Notes: generated by a model from the letters alone, not told the origin. 64,000 nt of DNA from Candidatus Aenigmatarchaeota archaeon (GCA_021157845.1 JAGGVU010000013.1:11192-75191); one strand, 5' to 3'; shown: positions 24,669-34,794, counted from the first letter of the stretch. Numbers and translations: made by a program.

Positions 24669-27600
24669 CTATTTCTTTTTGAATATTTTATCAAGTTTTT
24701 TGTGCAAGTCTTTTATGTTAGCTGATTGTCTGACTGGTCTATATTTGTAAGAGCCTTGCCTATAAGATGGCTGTGAAAATTTTCCACTTTGAACTACATA
24801 CCAGCCTGCCACTGCTAATATTATAATTACTAAAATAATTGCGATTGTTGACCAGCTTACACCACCGGTCTTTGGTTTCAGCGAAGATATTTCTGCTTCA
24901 AGCGTTTTTGCACTAGCTTCTCCGCTATCAAGCAATTGTGACGCCGTGAAATAGTTGTTTTCATCTATGTTGGTTTTTATCTCCGACAGCTTTGTTTTCA
25001 AAGCTACTAATAAAGTCTCAACCCTTGTTGTGTTTTTGTTTTGCCTCTGAGCAGCTGTTATTAGCTGTTCTAACTCAGAAACTTTTTTTGTCAGGTTAGT
25101 GTATCTCTCTTTTATAACTGCCTGCGTAGCTTCATTTGGCGTGACGCGCAATTTATATGTCTTGGTAGCTTCTTTTGTCAGACTTGCTGCTTTTGCTGTA
25201 AATTCGTAGTCCTTCACAGTTGCGTTGAAAGGTATAGAAAAATTAATTGTAAACGTTGCTGTACTGCCAACGGCAAGCTCTTCAACTTCTTCTGGTGTAA
25301 TTTTATACCAGTCACCAATTCCGCTAAGTGTTAAAGAAACGTGCTCTAATATTTGATTATAATTATTTTTCACTTTTATTTCTATTACTTTTGAATCTCC
25401 CTGAATTATTTCTGTTGTACCCAATGTGGTTAATATTGAAATTGGTGTTTCTGATTCGCCGGCTACTGCAAAATATGAAAACCCTGAAACAGTTGCCTCA
25501 TAATATACATAGCTGGTTGACTCAGTCGTCTTTGTCGTGGGTTGTTCAATCCACTCGTCATTAACATACTTTTTCAGCACAATTGTATCTTTATCTATGC
25601 TATGGCTACTAATCCAAGATTTTGGCACCTTAAACTTTATAATAGCAGAATCGATATCAGAATTAGAAAAGCCGCTTTTGGTTATCTTAATATATTTGTA
25701 AACAGAGCCTTTGTCAGATGAGATTGCTGCCGATGCTCCTGATGGCTTAGATGATTTTTCTATTGTTAATGAACCTGATATTGTATTTTTTGCTTTAATT
25801 ACTACTTTTTCCACTGCAATGTCAGCCCATTTTGAAAACGGATATGTTCTTGACTGGCCTTTTGATACAGAAATAGTTTCTGTCTCTGAGATTGTTGTGT
25901 CTGTGTCACTCCCACTTTGACTACTACTAGACTTGCATGCTCCATTTGAACATCCATATGTACAATAAACTTTTGTCCAATCTCCATCATCACACATAGC
26001 TCTGTTAGATGAATCATAACATTCGTCCGAATATTCACCGTCACCGTACCTTGTACCATCATGATAACAATCTCCTGATGCTGCACACCATTTTCCACTT
26101 CCGTCATAGTCAGATACACAACGGTTAGATGCACAATCGTCATTGCTGTCACAAACTTCTCCATTTGCAAGTGCTGTCCCGTTTACAACTGGATTTATAC
26201 CTGAGAAATGTGGTATTTTCATCCATATCATATGCTTTGTTGTATCAACATAACATAGTGCTGAACTCATGGTTGAGTCTGATTTACTACATGCCATACC
26301 ATCATTTACATATGAAGCATAATCACCTGTTGCATAGTCTGCATACTCGGTGCCTGTTAAATTATCTGTTGAGTTAACACCCCGCTCCCATATTACATTC
26401 CAATCTTCATCATAAAATTTGTCTATTGTAACTGTGAAATCCCAGTCATCATTATATGCACTAGAATTATATGGTATCCCTAATAATACATCGTCATATA
26501 TTTCAGGTCCCATACTTCCAAATCTCCAAGCCTCTGCCATTGCTGACTGCCCCTGAGTGGTGTTGGAAGAATCGTCAAACATTGCATCTGGAGGACCAGA
26601 AGCAAGCATATCAACATTATTGAACTGGACTGTTATATTGTTGCTCGCTTTTCTCATTCTGAAGTTTATCTTTCCGCCGCCCATTATTACTGACATCGGG
26701 TTGAAATCATCTCCAAATGTTTTTTCACTTCCACCTAACATACAGTCATCAGACGGGTAAGGAACATTGCAATCATCAGAATATTTATACATACCTATTT
26801 CTATGTCATCAAAACCACTCTCAATTGCAAATATATTTATTGTGTTATCTGACGAAGTATACGCAAAACAATCATCATCGCTAGTGTCATTTGTTGGTGC
26901 TTTATATTGCAAACCAGTTGGAACTTTTGAGACTTCATTTTCAGCCATAAATTTGAGTTTATAACCATCTTTTGTCATAACCATATATTCTTTTAATTTT
27001 CCTCCAGAATCATTTACACCCATCCATAAAAACATTGGTTCGCGCTCTTCTTTTATTATTTGCATATATCCTAGTGATAAATTATTTCCATCTATATCCG
27101 CAGTATTTCTGTGTAAAAGAGAAAAGTCTGTTATATTCAAAACATCAACAACATTTGTTAATGTTCCTGATACATCAGCGACGGCACTAACAAAAGACAG
27201 ATTTTGGTAAACCTCAATGTCTGTTACAGCCGTATAATTCAAATCAGAAATATCATAGCCATTATTAGTATCATTTAGATATGTTGTATTCATGTATATT
27301 TCTGTTACGTTATCTTTGTAGAACGCAGAAACATTTGTCACATCAGTCCAATCTGATAAATCAACTGTACTATTATAATTAAAAGTTCCACTATCTGAAG
27401 CCAAATTATTACCAGTATACAAAACCAATTTATCAGTTCCATTTAGATAAAACCAATATGTTCCATTATATTCAAGACCTCTTGTATGATTAGTAATATT
27501 ATAATTTTCTTCTTCAACGATTTCGTCTTCTATTTTTCCAGGTTTGAAACTGTTTAGAGTAATTATAACAGGATCGCTCTGAAGCTCTGCTACACTTAAA

Positions 27601-29585
27601 GAAGTTTTTAATGGTGCATCTGCCTGGCTAAATATGTTTATTTTGGTTATAGATGCATTGAAAACAGGTATTGAAAACGCTCCGTTATCATTTTCATCTA
27701 TATCTGTCATCCATGAAAATGTTGCACTGTTATAACTACTATAGTCGACTTCGACCTCTATATGTGCAAAATCAACATAGTCCCCGGTGGACTCCCTTAC
27801 TGAGAAATTTTTCATTGCTGTAGTAACATTCACATCACTCCAATCTGATGCGTCATTCATTGTTATGTTTGTTGCAGACCCCATCAGCTTATAAAGCGTG
27901 GCATTAACTTCCATTGCAGTCCCGCTTGCGTTTACTGTTATATTTTTAAAAGCACCGTAGTAAGTTCCTTCAGACGAATTATAAGCTGTTATGAAAAGCA
28001 ATACATTATTTCCCAATGTATTTCCAGGTATTGTTATATTGAAAAATCCTCCTGACGCATTATATTGATCTGAAACATTGTTTGTATTATTGTTGTCATG
28101 ATTTTCATCTCTCCACGCACTCATGTTATATGGCATCGCCATTCCACTAAAGACCATATTTCCCGGCTCAAATATGTATGGAACTACTGTTAGGCTGTCA
28201 AGACCTGAACCAGTACTGGTATTGACATAACCATATACCCATGTCAAGACTTCTGTAACATTTATGGATATGTTAATATGTGGTGAAGAGCCGTAGTCAG
28301 AAATATTGTTTAAGTTGTAGCTACTGGGCATTGCTTCTTGCGGATAAACCATTATTGAATAATTCCTGTCAACTGGAAGATAAATCGTTGCTTGTTTGAC
28401 TCTGTTATTCATACCAAACTGCTCAGCCACAGGATAACCAAGTTTCGTATCTTTTACCATATATTCAAACTGCTTATTAGCTATTGTGAAGTTAAATTCA
28501 TTTGCTGTATTGTCCTGTGCTGATGCATAGTACCATGTGCCGTTTGCATTAACCAGGCCGTCAACCTGTTTTGTAAAATTGTAGGGTGTTGATAGATACA
28601 TGCTATTCCAATCATTGTCAAATATTGTCATGTTAAATGTTCCTGATGAATTATAAGCAAGATACCATGTGTCGTCATAATTTTCTATATAACCTTTGTA
28701 GGCAGAATCAAGAGGCACATCTTCTACTAAATCTACAGATGTTGGAGTTAAATTTAGCTTTAGAATACCACTAAATGAACTGTTATATGTTGATAAATAC
28801 CAAATGCCATTCAAATACTCCATATCATATATTCTGGTTAAATTATATCCACTTATATTCCAACTATTGTTTACACTCCAATCAGTTATATTATAGCTTG
28901 TTATATTTGTGGCGTTTGCAACATAAAGAAGCCCCGTATCATTGCAATAAGCTAATGCAGACGCATTTGTTAAAGTAGAGGTGGAAGATGAACTGTTAAA
29001 AGTAAAGTCAGAATTATAGACAAGTATATAATTTGAATTATTCAAAACGAAAAATTTGTTTGTAACGGGATTATATGCAAGACCTGTCTTGAAAGAAGTG
29101 TTAATATCATATGACGCCACTTCTGTTACTTCTAAATCTTCACCATAAACTGTCAGGTTAATTGTAGCAGCTTCTTGAAGATAAAAAGAAATATTATTCA
29201 AATTTTCAAATTCCATTGCAGGAAAAGATGGAAGTGATTTGCCAACATAGTCAGCATCTGTGCTGCTGCCAGATTTATAATGAACAATCGATGGCTTATA
29301 CATTATATCATCGATGAGCGGTATTCCTGAAAGGTTGAAAAATCCATTGCCATCACTAGTATTTGAATATGTTCCATTTTCTGGATTCTCCCAGTTGCTG
29401 TAATTATATAATGTAATAGTTATGTTTGTATTATTTAATGGATTCCCATCCGTGTCGTACGTATATCCCCAGAAATCAAACGTATCAGCAAAAACTGCAG
29501 AGCTTAGGCCAATAACTATGAGTGAAAAAACGAGTAATTTGGATAATTTTTTCGTAGAATAAAACAACATAGATTCATCTTTCAT
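24669..29585 (-). CDS. giant (1638 aa) surface protein with N-x-S/T-rich body, Cys-rich module, PGF-pre-PGF-like domain, coiled coil and C-terminal TM anchor
   Basis: N-terminal signal/TM, very many N-x-S/T sequons, ten Cys within 73 residues, a ..YEATVSGFSYFAVAG domain end, then the same beta-sandwich/coiled-coil/TM module as the 305-aa protein. Confidence 0.8.
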   Translation of the reverse strand: MKDESMLFYSTKKLSKLLVFSLIVIGLSSAVFADTFDFWGYTYDTDGNPLNNTNITITLYNYSNWENPENGTYSNTSDGNGFFNLSGIPLIDDIMYKPSIVHYKSGSSTDADYVGKSLPSFPAMEFENLNNISFYLQEAATINLTVYGEDLEVTEVASYDINTSFKTGLAYNPVTNKFFVLNNSNYILVYNSDFTFNSSSSTSTLTNASALAYCNDTGLLYVANATNITSYNITDWSVNNSWNISGYNLTRIYDMEYLNGIWYLSTYNSSFSGILKLNLTPTSVDLVEDVPLDSAYKGYIENYDDTWYLAYNSSGTFNMTIFDNDWNSMYLSTPYNFTKQVDGLVNANGTWYYASAQDNTANEFNFTIANKQFEYMVKDTKLGYPVAEQFGMNNRVKQATIYLPVDRNYSIMVYPQEAMPSSYNLNNISDYGSSPHINISINVTEVLTWVYGYVNTSTGSGLDSLTVVPYIFEPGNMVFSGMAMPYNMSAWRDENHDNNNTNNVSDQYNASGGFFNITIPGNTLGNNVLLFITAYNSSEGTYYGAFKNITVNASGTAMEVNATLYKLMGSATNITMNDASDWSDVNVTTAMKNFSVRESTGDYVDFAHIEVEVDYSSYNSATFSWMTDIDENDNGAFSIPVFNASITKINIFSQADAPLKTSLSVAELQSDPVIITLNSFKPGKIEDEIVEEENYNITNHTRGLEYNGTYWFYLNGTDKLVLYTGNNLASDSGTFNYNSTVDLSDWTDVTNVSAFYKDNVTEIYMNTTYLNDTNNGYDISDLNYTAVTDIEVYQNLSFVSAVADVSGTLTNVVDVLNITDFSLLHRNTADIDGNNLSLGYMQIIKEEREPMFLWMGVNDSGGKLKEYMVMTKDGYKLKFMAENEVSKVPTGLQYKAPTNDTSDDDCFAYTSSDNTINIFAIESGFDDIEIGMYKYSDDCNVPYPSDDCMLGGSEKTFGDDFNPMSVIMGGGKINFRMRKASNNITVQFNNVDMLASGPPDAMFDDSSNTTQGQSAMAEAWRFGSMGPEIYDDVLLGIPYNSSAYNDDWDFTVTIDKFYDEDWNVIWERGVNSTDNLTGTEYADYATGDYASYVNDGMACSKSDSTMSSALCYVDTTKHMIWMKIPHFSGINPVVNGTALANGEVCDSNDDCASNRCVSDYDGSGKWCAASGDCYHDGTRYGDGEYSDECYDSSNRAMCDDGDWTKVYCTYGCSNGACKSSSSQSGSDTDTTISETETISVSKGQSRTYPFSKWADIAVEKVVIKAKNTISGSLTIEKSSKPSGASAAISSDKGSVYKYIKITKSGFSNSDIDSAIIKFKVPKSWISSHSIDKDTIVLKKYVNDEWIEQPTTKTTESTSYVYYEATVSGFSYFAVAGESETPISILTTLGTTEIIQGDSKVIEIKVKNNYNQILEHVSLTLSGIGDWYKITPEEVEELAVGSTATFTINFSIPFNATVKDYEFTAKAASLTKEATKTYKLRVTPNEATQAVIKERYTNLTKKVSELEQLITAAQRQNKNTTRVETLLVALKTKLSEIKTNIDENNYFTASQLLDSGEASAKTLEAEISSLKPKTGGVSWSTIAIILVIIILAVAGWYVVQSGKFSQPSYRQGSYKYRPVRQSANIKDLHKKLDKIFKKK

Positions 29586-29805
29586 CTAAAACCCTCCTTT
29601 TTCTATTCATAATTGTTAAAAATATGTTTTTTCCGAAATAAAAAGTTTTTTTTTGCTTTTTTACAATGGATTGTAAAAAACTTACAAAAGCAGCCAACAA
29701 AAAGCAAATAAGCCACATGTAAAGTTGAAAAATAATTGTGATTATGTATAAAAACAGCCGGACAAAACTTTTATAATCTATAATTATCTATATTTTATTG
29801 TTGAT

Positions 29806-30612
29806 ATGGCAAGAATAATCAGTATTTTATCAGGAAAGGGCGGTGTTGGCAAAACTGTTGTTGCAATAAATTTAGCAACTGCCTTACACAAGTGGTTTGA
29901 TAAAAAGGTTCTGTTAGTTGATTGTAACCTCACAACAGCTCACATTGGTATGTATCTTGGAATGTACTCAACACCGGCAACACTAAATCATGTATTATCT
30001 GACATGATACCAGTAGACAATGCCATTTACAGCCACGAATCTGGTCTGGATATATTGCCCGCGTCTCTTCCTCTAAAAGATTTAAAAAATATCAGGCCAA
30101 AAAAATTAAGAACAAAATTGAAAAAAGTGTTTAAACAGTATGACTTTATTATTTTAGATTCCGCACCTGGGTTTGGCCGTGAAGGTCTGATGGCTTTAGA
30201 AGCATCTGACGAAACACTATTTGTAACAACACCAATAGCACATTCAGCTGCTGATCTGATAAAATGTAGAGAGTTGGCAGAGAAATTGGGAATAGAAGTA
30301 TTGGGTATTATTATGAATATGGTTAAAAGGAGGAATTATGAACTTAGCGAGTCGCAGATGAGTTACCTGACTGATTTGGAAATTATAGGCTCAGTGCCAT
30401 ACAACGAAAGAATAACAGAAAGCGTCGTATCAAAAAATCCTGCTGTTTTGAGCAATAACATATTCAATTACTCATTAAACAAGAGTTTCAAATCACTTGC
30501 TAAAAAGTTGGTTAGAGAAGAAGCAAACCAATCATTTTCAAATAAGTTTCTATCATTTTTTGAAAATTTGTTGATAACGCCGAAAGACGTCCGTGAACTA
30601 ACAAAAAAATAA
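29806..30612 (+). CDS. MinD/ParA-family P-loop ATPase
   Basis: Deviant Walker A SGKGGVGKT at the N-terminus, DSAPG Walker B region. Confidence 0.8.
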   Translation: MARIISILSGKGGVGKTVVAINLATALHKWFDKKVLLVDCNLTTAHIGMYLGMYSTPATLNHVLSDMIPVDNAIYSHESGLDILPASLPLKDLKNIRPKKLRTKLKKVFKQYDFIILDSAPGFGREGLMALEASDETLFVTTPIAHSAADLIKCRELAEKLGIEVLGIIMNMVKRRNYELSESQMSYLTDLEIIGSVPYNERITESVVSKNPAVLSNNIFNYSLNKSFKSLAKKLVREEANQSFSNKFLSFFENLLITPKDVRELTKK

Positions 30613-30640
30613 TGTCACTGTAACGCTGCATAGCATTTAA

Positions 30641-30898
30641 CGCCCCTGACGGGAATTTCAGAGCCTTTTCAGATTTTTTCATTGAAGCTTTTTTCTAAAA
30701 AGGCTCATTTGAACCCGCGACTTCTTGCTTTATCCGACAAAAGTTCTGATCATCCTTTACTAAAAGTAAAGTCACTTCACCTCCTTGTCTTCATCTTAGG
30801 AGGCAAGCACTCTATCCAAATTCCTCCACCATTTTATTTTTCCGCCAGCGCTTTTTCACTGGTTTCACAAATAAAAGGGCTGTCTGAGTTACAGGGGC
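30641..30898 (-). tRNA. tRNA-Arg(CCU) with three predicted introns (D-loop, anticodon loop, T-loop)
   Basis: Reverse complement: GCCCCTG-TA-ACTCAGA[~63 nt]TTGGATAGAGT-G-CTTGC-CTCCTAA[~66 nt]GCAAG-AAGTC-GCGGG-TTCAAAT[~52 nt]CCCGT-CAGGGGC-G. Confidence 0.7.
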
Positions 30899-30937
30899 AT
30901 CAAAATAAATAATAAAAAATAGTATAAAAGCTTTCAG

Positions 30938-32839
30938 TCAGGCGAAAATCCTTAGCTTCTTTGATAAAAGCGCGCTTAGTATGTTTCTGCCTATTTCGCT
31001 CTTTTTGCTGATTTTCACTTGTTTTTTTCTACCAACTAAAGCAGAGAATAAATATGTTTTTTCGCTGTAAAAACTTACTTGCTTTCCGATAAGCTCTTTA
31101 TCAAATGAAAAAACAATAAACGCGCCGGTTTCCTTTGTATCATAATTTACCTCTTTATTGAGAGTTGTTACTTTGGGTGAGATGTCTATGGACAACCCTA
31201 GCTTTTTCTCAAGAGCCCGAATATTTGCCCCGTTTTTTCCAATTACCCTGGGTATTTGCTTATTGTCAACTTTTATTGAAATTTTGTTATCTGATAAAAA
31301 TTCCACATCTGCGTGCTTATCGTATTTTTTTATTTCATGCATGATTTGTTTTTTTGCAAGGTTTTTTATGGACGAGTTTGTCTTCTCCTCTTTAATTTTA
31401 ACTACAACGTTTTCTTCTCCATATGTGTATATCTCATATACCAGTTGTGAATCTGCGAAATCCCTTACCTCCACTAATGGACGTGCCAAATCTTCATTAG
31501 TCATGCCTGTTGGTGAACGGACAGTCATTGCCACCGAATATACCCTTTCAACTCTTCCATCTTTTATAAAAATTATTGTGTCTATGACATGAGGTATCAT
31601 ACCAAGCTCTATTCGACCCATAAATCGCTGTATAGCATCTATGGGTTTTGTAGCGTGTACAACCCCTATCATGCCTATCCCAGATAAACGCAAATCAGAA
31701 AATATATGAAAATCTCCTGTCTTCCTTATCTCATCAAATACTGTATAGTCAGGTCGCACAAGCAGAAGTATATCTGCTGTTTTCGCAAAGCTGCCTTTTA
31801 GTGCTGTATATTGTGTAATCTCCTTTTTAACTTGCAGGTCTCTTGGCATCTCCATCGTCTTAACAATACTTCCTCTCTTCTCGTAAAATTCTGCTAATGC
31901 TGCTGCAAATGTAGACTTACCAGAACCGGGTGGACCTGCTATCAATATCCCATCTGCCCTCTCCGCAAGTCTTTCCTTTAATTTTTCACTCAATATATAA
32001 TCGTCAAGTGTTGCTTTTACTATGGGTCTTACAACTGTTATTTCCAATGCCTCTGAAAACGGTGGCCTTGCTATAGATATACGCATATTTCTCAGCTGAA
32101 TGACACTTGCCTCATAACTTCCCATTTCTATAAAAGAATTTTCTTCATATTTTGCAGCATCTGTTATTTCTGAAATTATTTTTTCAAGGTAGTTTCGGGT
32201 GAGTGGCGTGTTGCCAATTTTAACAAGCTTGAATGCGCCTGGCTTTCCTCTTTTTGCAAGAGGTAGAGCACCTTCTTTCAGGTGCAGGCTCATTGTATCA
32301 TCTGTCAGGAGTTTGCTAAGCTCTGTAAGATCTTTTTTTTCGTAAGGCTCATAATATTGGACAACAACGCCCTCTGCTTCAGCTGCAAGTGCCTGAACCC
32401 GGTCTGATGTGTATAAAACTGCTTTCTCTTTTTTAGCCACTTCTATAATTAATGAGTCAACTCGCCCATATTTTGCAAGCTGTATCTCCTCATATGTCTG
32501 CCGTCTCCCTGTACTTAATATTTTTATTTTCTTAATTTTGTCAAGCTCGTTTAGTCGTTTTATTTCTTCCAATCCTCTAAACCCGATTTCTCTTCCTCTC
32601 GAAGCCTGTGCTTGTAGTTCTTCTAAAACAAATTTTGGTATAATAATTTCAACTTTTCCAATTTCTTTATGATTAATGAGATCAGAAAGAATGCCATTTA
32701 TTATAACACTTGTATCAGGAACTATTTTTTTGTGTGTTGTTTTGTCTGTTTTATTGAGCTTTATCTCCCTGCCCCTGACCTTTATTTTGTCAGATTGTTT
32801 TTTATTTGTAGTCATATTTATCACCTTTATTTTAAACAC
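30938..32839 (-). CDS. PIN domain - PilT-like ATPase - KH domain protein (COG1855-type)
   Basis: N-terminal PIN-like region, Walker [11 protein letters not shown]-terminal KH motif [17 protein letters not shown]. Confidence 0.75.
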   Translation of the reverse strand: MFKIKVINMTTNKKQSDKIKVRGREIKLNKTDKTTHKKIVPDTSVIINGILSDLINHKEIGKVEIIIPKFVLEELQAQASRGREIGFRGLEEIKRLNELDKIKKIKILSTGRRQTYEEIQLAKYGRVDSLIIEVAKKEKAVLYTSDRVQALAAEAEGVVVQYYEPYEKKDLTELSKLLTDDTMSLHLKEGALPLAKRGKPGAFKLVKIGNTPLTRNYLEKIISEITDAAKYEENSFIEMGSYEASVIQLRNMRISIARPPFSEALEITVVRPIVKATLDDYILSEKLKERLAERADGILIAGPPGSGKSTFAAALAEFYEKRGSIVKTMEMPRDLQVKKEITQYTALKGSFAKTADILLLVRPDYTVFDEIRKTGDFHIFSDLRLSGIGMIGVVHATKPIDAIQRFMGRIELGMIPHVIDTIIFIKDGRVERVYSVAMTVRSPTGMTNEDLARPLVEVRDFADSQLVYEIYTYGEENVVVKIKEEKTNSSIKNLAKKQIMHEIKKYDKHADVEFLSDNKISIKVDNKQIPRVIGKNGANIRALEKKLGLSIDISPKVTTLNKEVNYDTKETGAFIVFSFDKELIGKQVSFYSEKTYLFSALVGRKKQVKISKKSEIGRNILSALLSKKLRIFA

Positions 32840-33093
32840 TAATTACGTAAAGCACTGAAAATAGTGGAGAACAATGGTATTTCTTTGGTAGAAATGCTTT
32901 TAAAGATTTTGTAAGATATGCAAATCTTTAAAAACCATCGTTCATTCTCTTCCAATGGCTACACTTTTAACTATTTCTATTCAAACGATTCAATATCAGC
33001 ACATCTATTTCTCATCTTAGATTTTTGCTTTTCTATATGCAACTAAAGAAAATGGTTTAAAGGTGATTCCAGAATAATTAATTAGGTGAAAAA

Positions 33094-33216
33094 ATGGAAT
33101 GTACTGAATGCGGCTCCACTGAAACCATAAGGAAGGGCGGCATTATTTTCTGCAAAAAATGCGGCACTGTTTTGAGAACAGTAGAATATAGTGGAGCAAA
33201 AGCGGTCTTGTTATAG
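33094..33216 (+). CDS. small zinc-ribbon protein (40 aa), not in the ORF track
   Basis: MECTECGSTETIRKGGIIFCKKCGTVLRTVEYSGAKAVLL. Has CxxC...CxxC and AGGTGA 7 nt upstream of the ATG. Confidence 0.5.
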   Translation: MECTECGSTETIRKGGIIFCKKCGTVLRTVEYSGAKAVLL

Positions 33217-33273
33217 ATTATTAATGAAGGATGTCTTTCTATTGGTCACTATCTACTTTGGAGGTAATTTAGC

Positions 33274-34488
33274 TCAAAAATAATGCTCCAAGTTCTTCAA
33301 TAAAACTCTTTTTTCTTTCCCAGATTTCATATCCCTTATTGTTGCTTTCTTGTCGGCCAAGTCCCTCTCTCCAATAATAATAGTTATATCAAAATTCTTT
33401 TTAGAAGCGTAATCAAGTTGTTTGGAAAGGCTGCGCCCCATCAGCCCAATCTCTACAGGCATTTTCTTTCGCAGTTTTTTCGCTATCTTCATACACCTAA
33501 CAAAAGCGGATTGACCAAGCGGTGCTATATATATTTTTCTTCGGCTGGGTATTTTTTTTTCTAAAACCTTCATCAATCTTTCTATTCCTATGGATATTCC
33601 TACAGCTGGCTCTTTTTTTCCACCAATGGTTTCTGTAAGATTATCATATCGGCCTCCGCCGCCTATACTTACGCCGAGGCCGGCCACAATCTCAAAAACG
33701 TTGCCAGTATAGTACTCAAGACCGCGGACAAGAGACAGATCTGTTACAAGATAATTATCTATTGATAATTCCTTGGCAAGATTAATTAATGAATCTAACT
33801 CTTTCTTTCCTGCACACTCAAAAGAGTCAATTTTATTTTTTTTGATTATAGAAATTAATTTCCCAACCTGGCTGGTTTTTATTATATTGGAGAGCTCTTT
33901 CTCAACAGCAGACCAGCCAATTTTTTCCTGTTTGTCCAATATCCTGAAAACTTCTTTGCTTTTTTTGATTTTTAGCTGCCTTAAGACATATTCAACTAAC
34001 TTCCTATTATTTACCTTTATCTTAAAGTCAACATTCAGTTTTTCGAGAATATCTATCACAACTTGAATACATTCCAAGTCAGCTGCTGCAGATTCTGGAC
34101 CAATTATATCTATATCTGCCTGTGTAAATTCTCTCCAGCGCGCAGACTGCGGCTGATCATATCTCCATACCTTTCCAATTGCATATCTTTTGTATGGCTT
34201 TTTCAGCTGATGAGAAGCAACAACCCTGGCTAATGGAACTGTCAAATCAAACCGCAGTCCCAAAGAACGACCTGACTTATCCTTAAAAGAATAAATCTCT
34301 TTTTCTATCTCTTCTCCTGATTTTTTTGTCAGAAGGGAAAGGTATTCGAAGGCTGGTGTATATAGTGGGGAAAATCCGTATTTTCTGAATATCTTCCTGC
34401 ATAAGTCTAAAACATATTCATATAACTCGGCGTCTTTGCCTATTAAATCTCTTGTTCCTTTTACCGGCTGCAGCATACTATCATCCAT
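33274..34488 (-). CDS. hisS: histidyl-tRNA synthetase
   Basis: KGTRD N-terminal motif, class II motifs (RYDQPQ..R.REF.Q, GGGRYD), C-terminal anticodon-binding domain. Confidence 0.9.
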   Translation of the reverse strand: MDDSMLQPVKGTRDLIGKDAELYEYVLDLCRKIFRKYGFSPLYTPAFEYLSLLTKKSGEEIEKEIYSFKDKSGRSLGLRFDLTVPLARVVASHQLKKPYKRYAIGKVWRYDQPQSARWREFTQADIDIIGPESAAADLECIQVVIDILEKLNVDFKIKVNNRKLVEYVLRQLKIKKSKEVFRILDKQEKIGWSAVEKELSNIIKTSQVGKLISIIKKNKIDSFECAGKKELDSLINLAKELSIDNYLVTDLSLVRGLEYYTGNVFEIVAGLGVSIGGGGRYDNLTETIGGKKEPAVGISIGIERLMKVLEKKIPSRRKIYIAPLGQSAFVRCMKIAKKLRKKMPVEIGLMGRSLSKQLDYASKKNFDITIIIGERDLADKKATIRDMKSGKEKRVLLKNLEHYF

Positions 34489-34794
34489 GGCTGACGATAT
34501 TTATCTAGTTTATTCTTAATATCTAATATTTCTTTTATTTTATATTTATAAATCATTTTCTTGTTAGTTGGCTTCAGTAGAAAGTGGGCTAAAAACATTT
34601 ATAGCTAATAATCAGCTAGAGATTTATGCCTAGTGAGTTCTTTATTTCAATCATATGCTCATTGAGCATAAGATAAAAAGGATTTAGAAAGAATTAATCA
34701 AAACTGGTTTATTACATGAACTTACTTCTTATGGGTTAGCCGTTTCAACCCAAGAATGAAAAATAAAATCTATGAAATTATAAGCTCTATGTAA

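Noticed and set aside
20455-29585. Surface-protein region considered as a prophage or integrated element (tail-fibre-like giant proteins)
   Set aside because: There are no integrase, capsid, terminase, portal or att-like repeats. The proteins have signal peptides and TM anchors typical of cellular envelope proteins.
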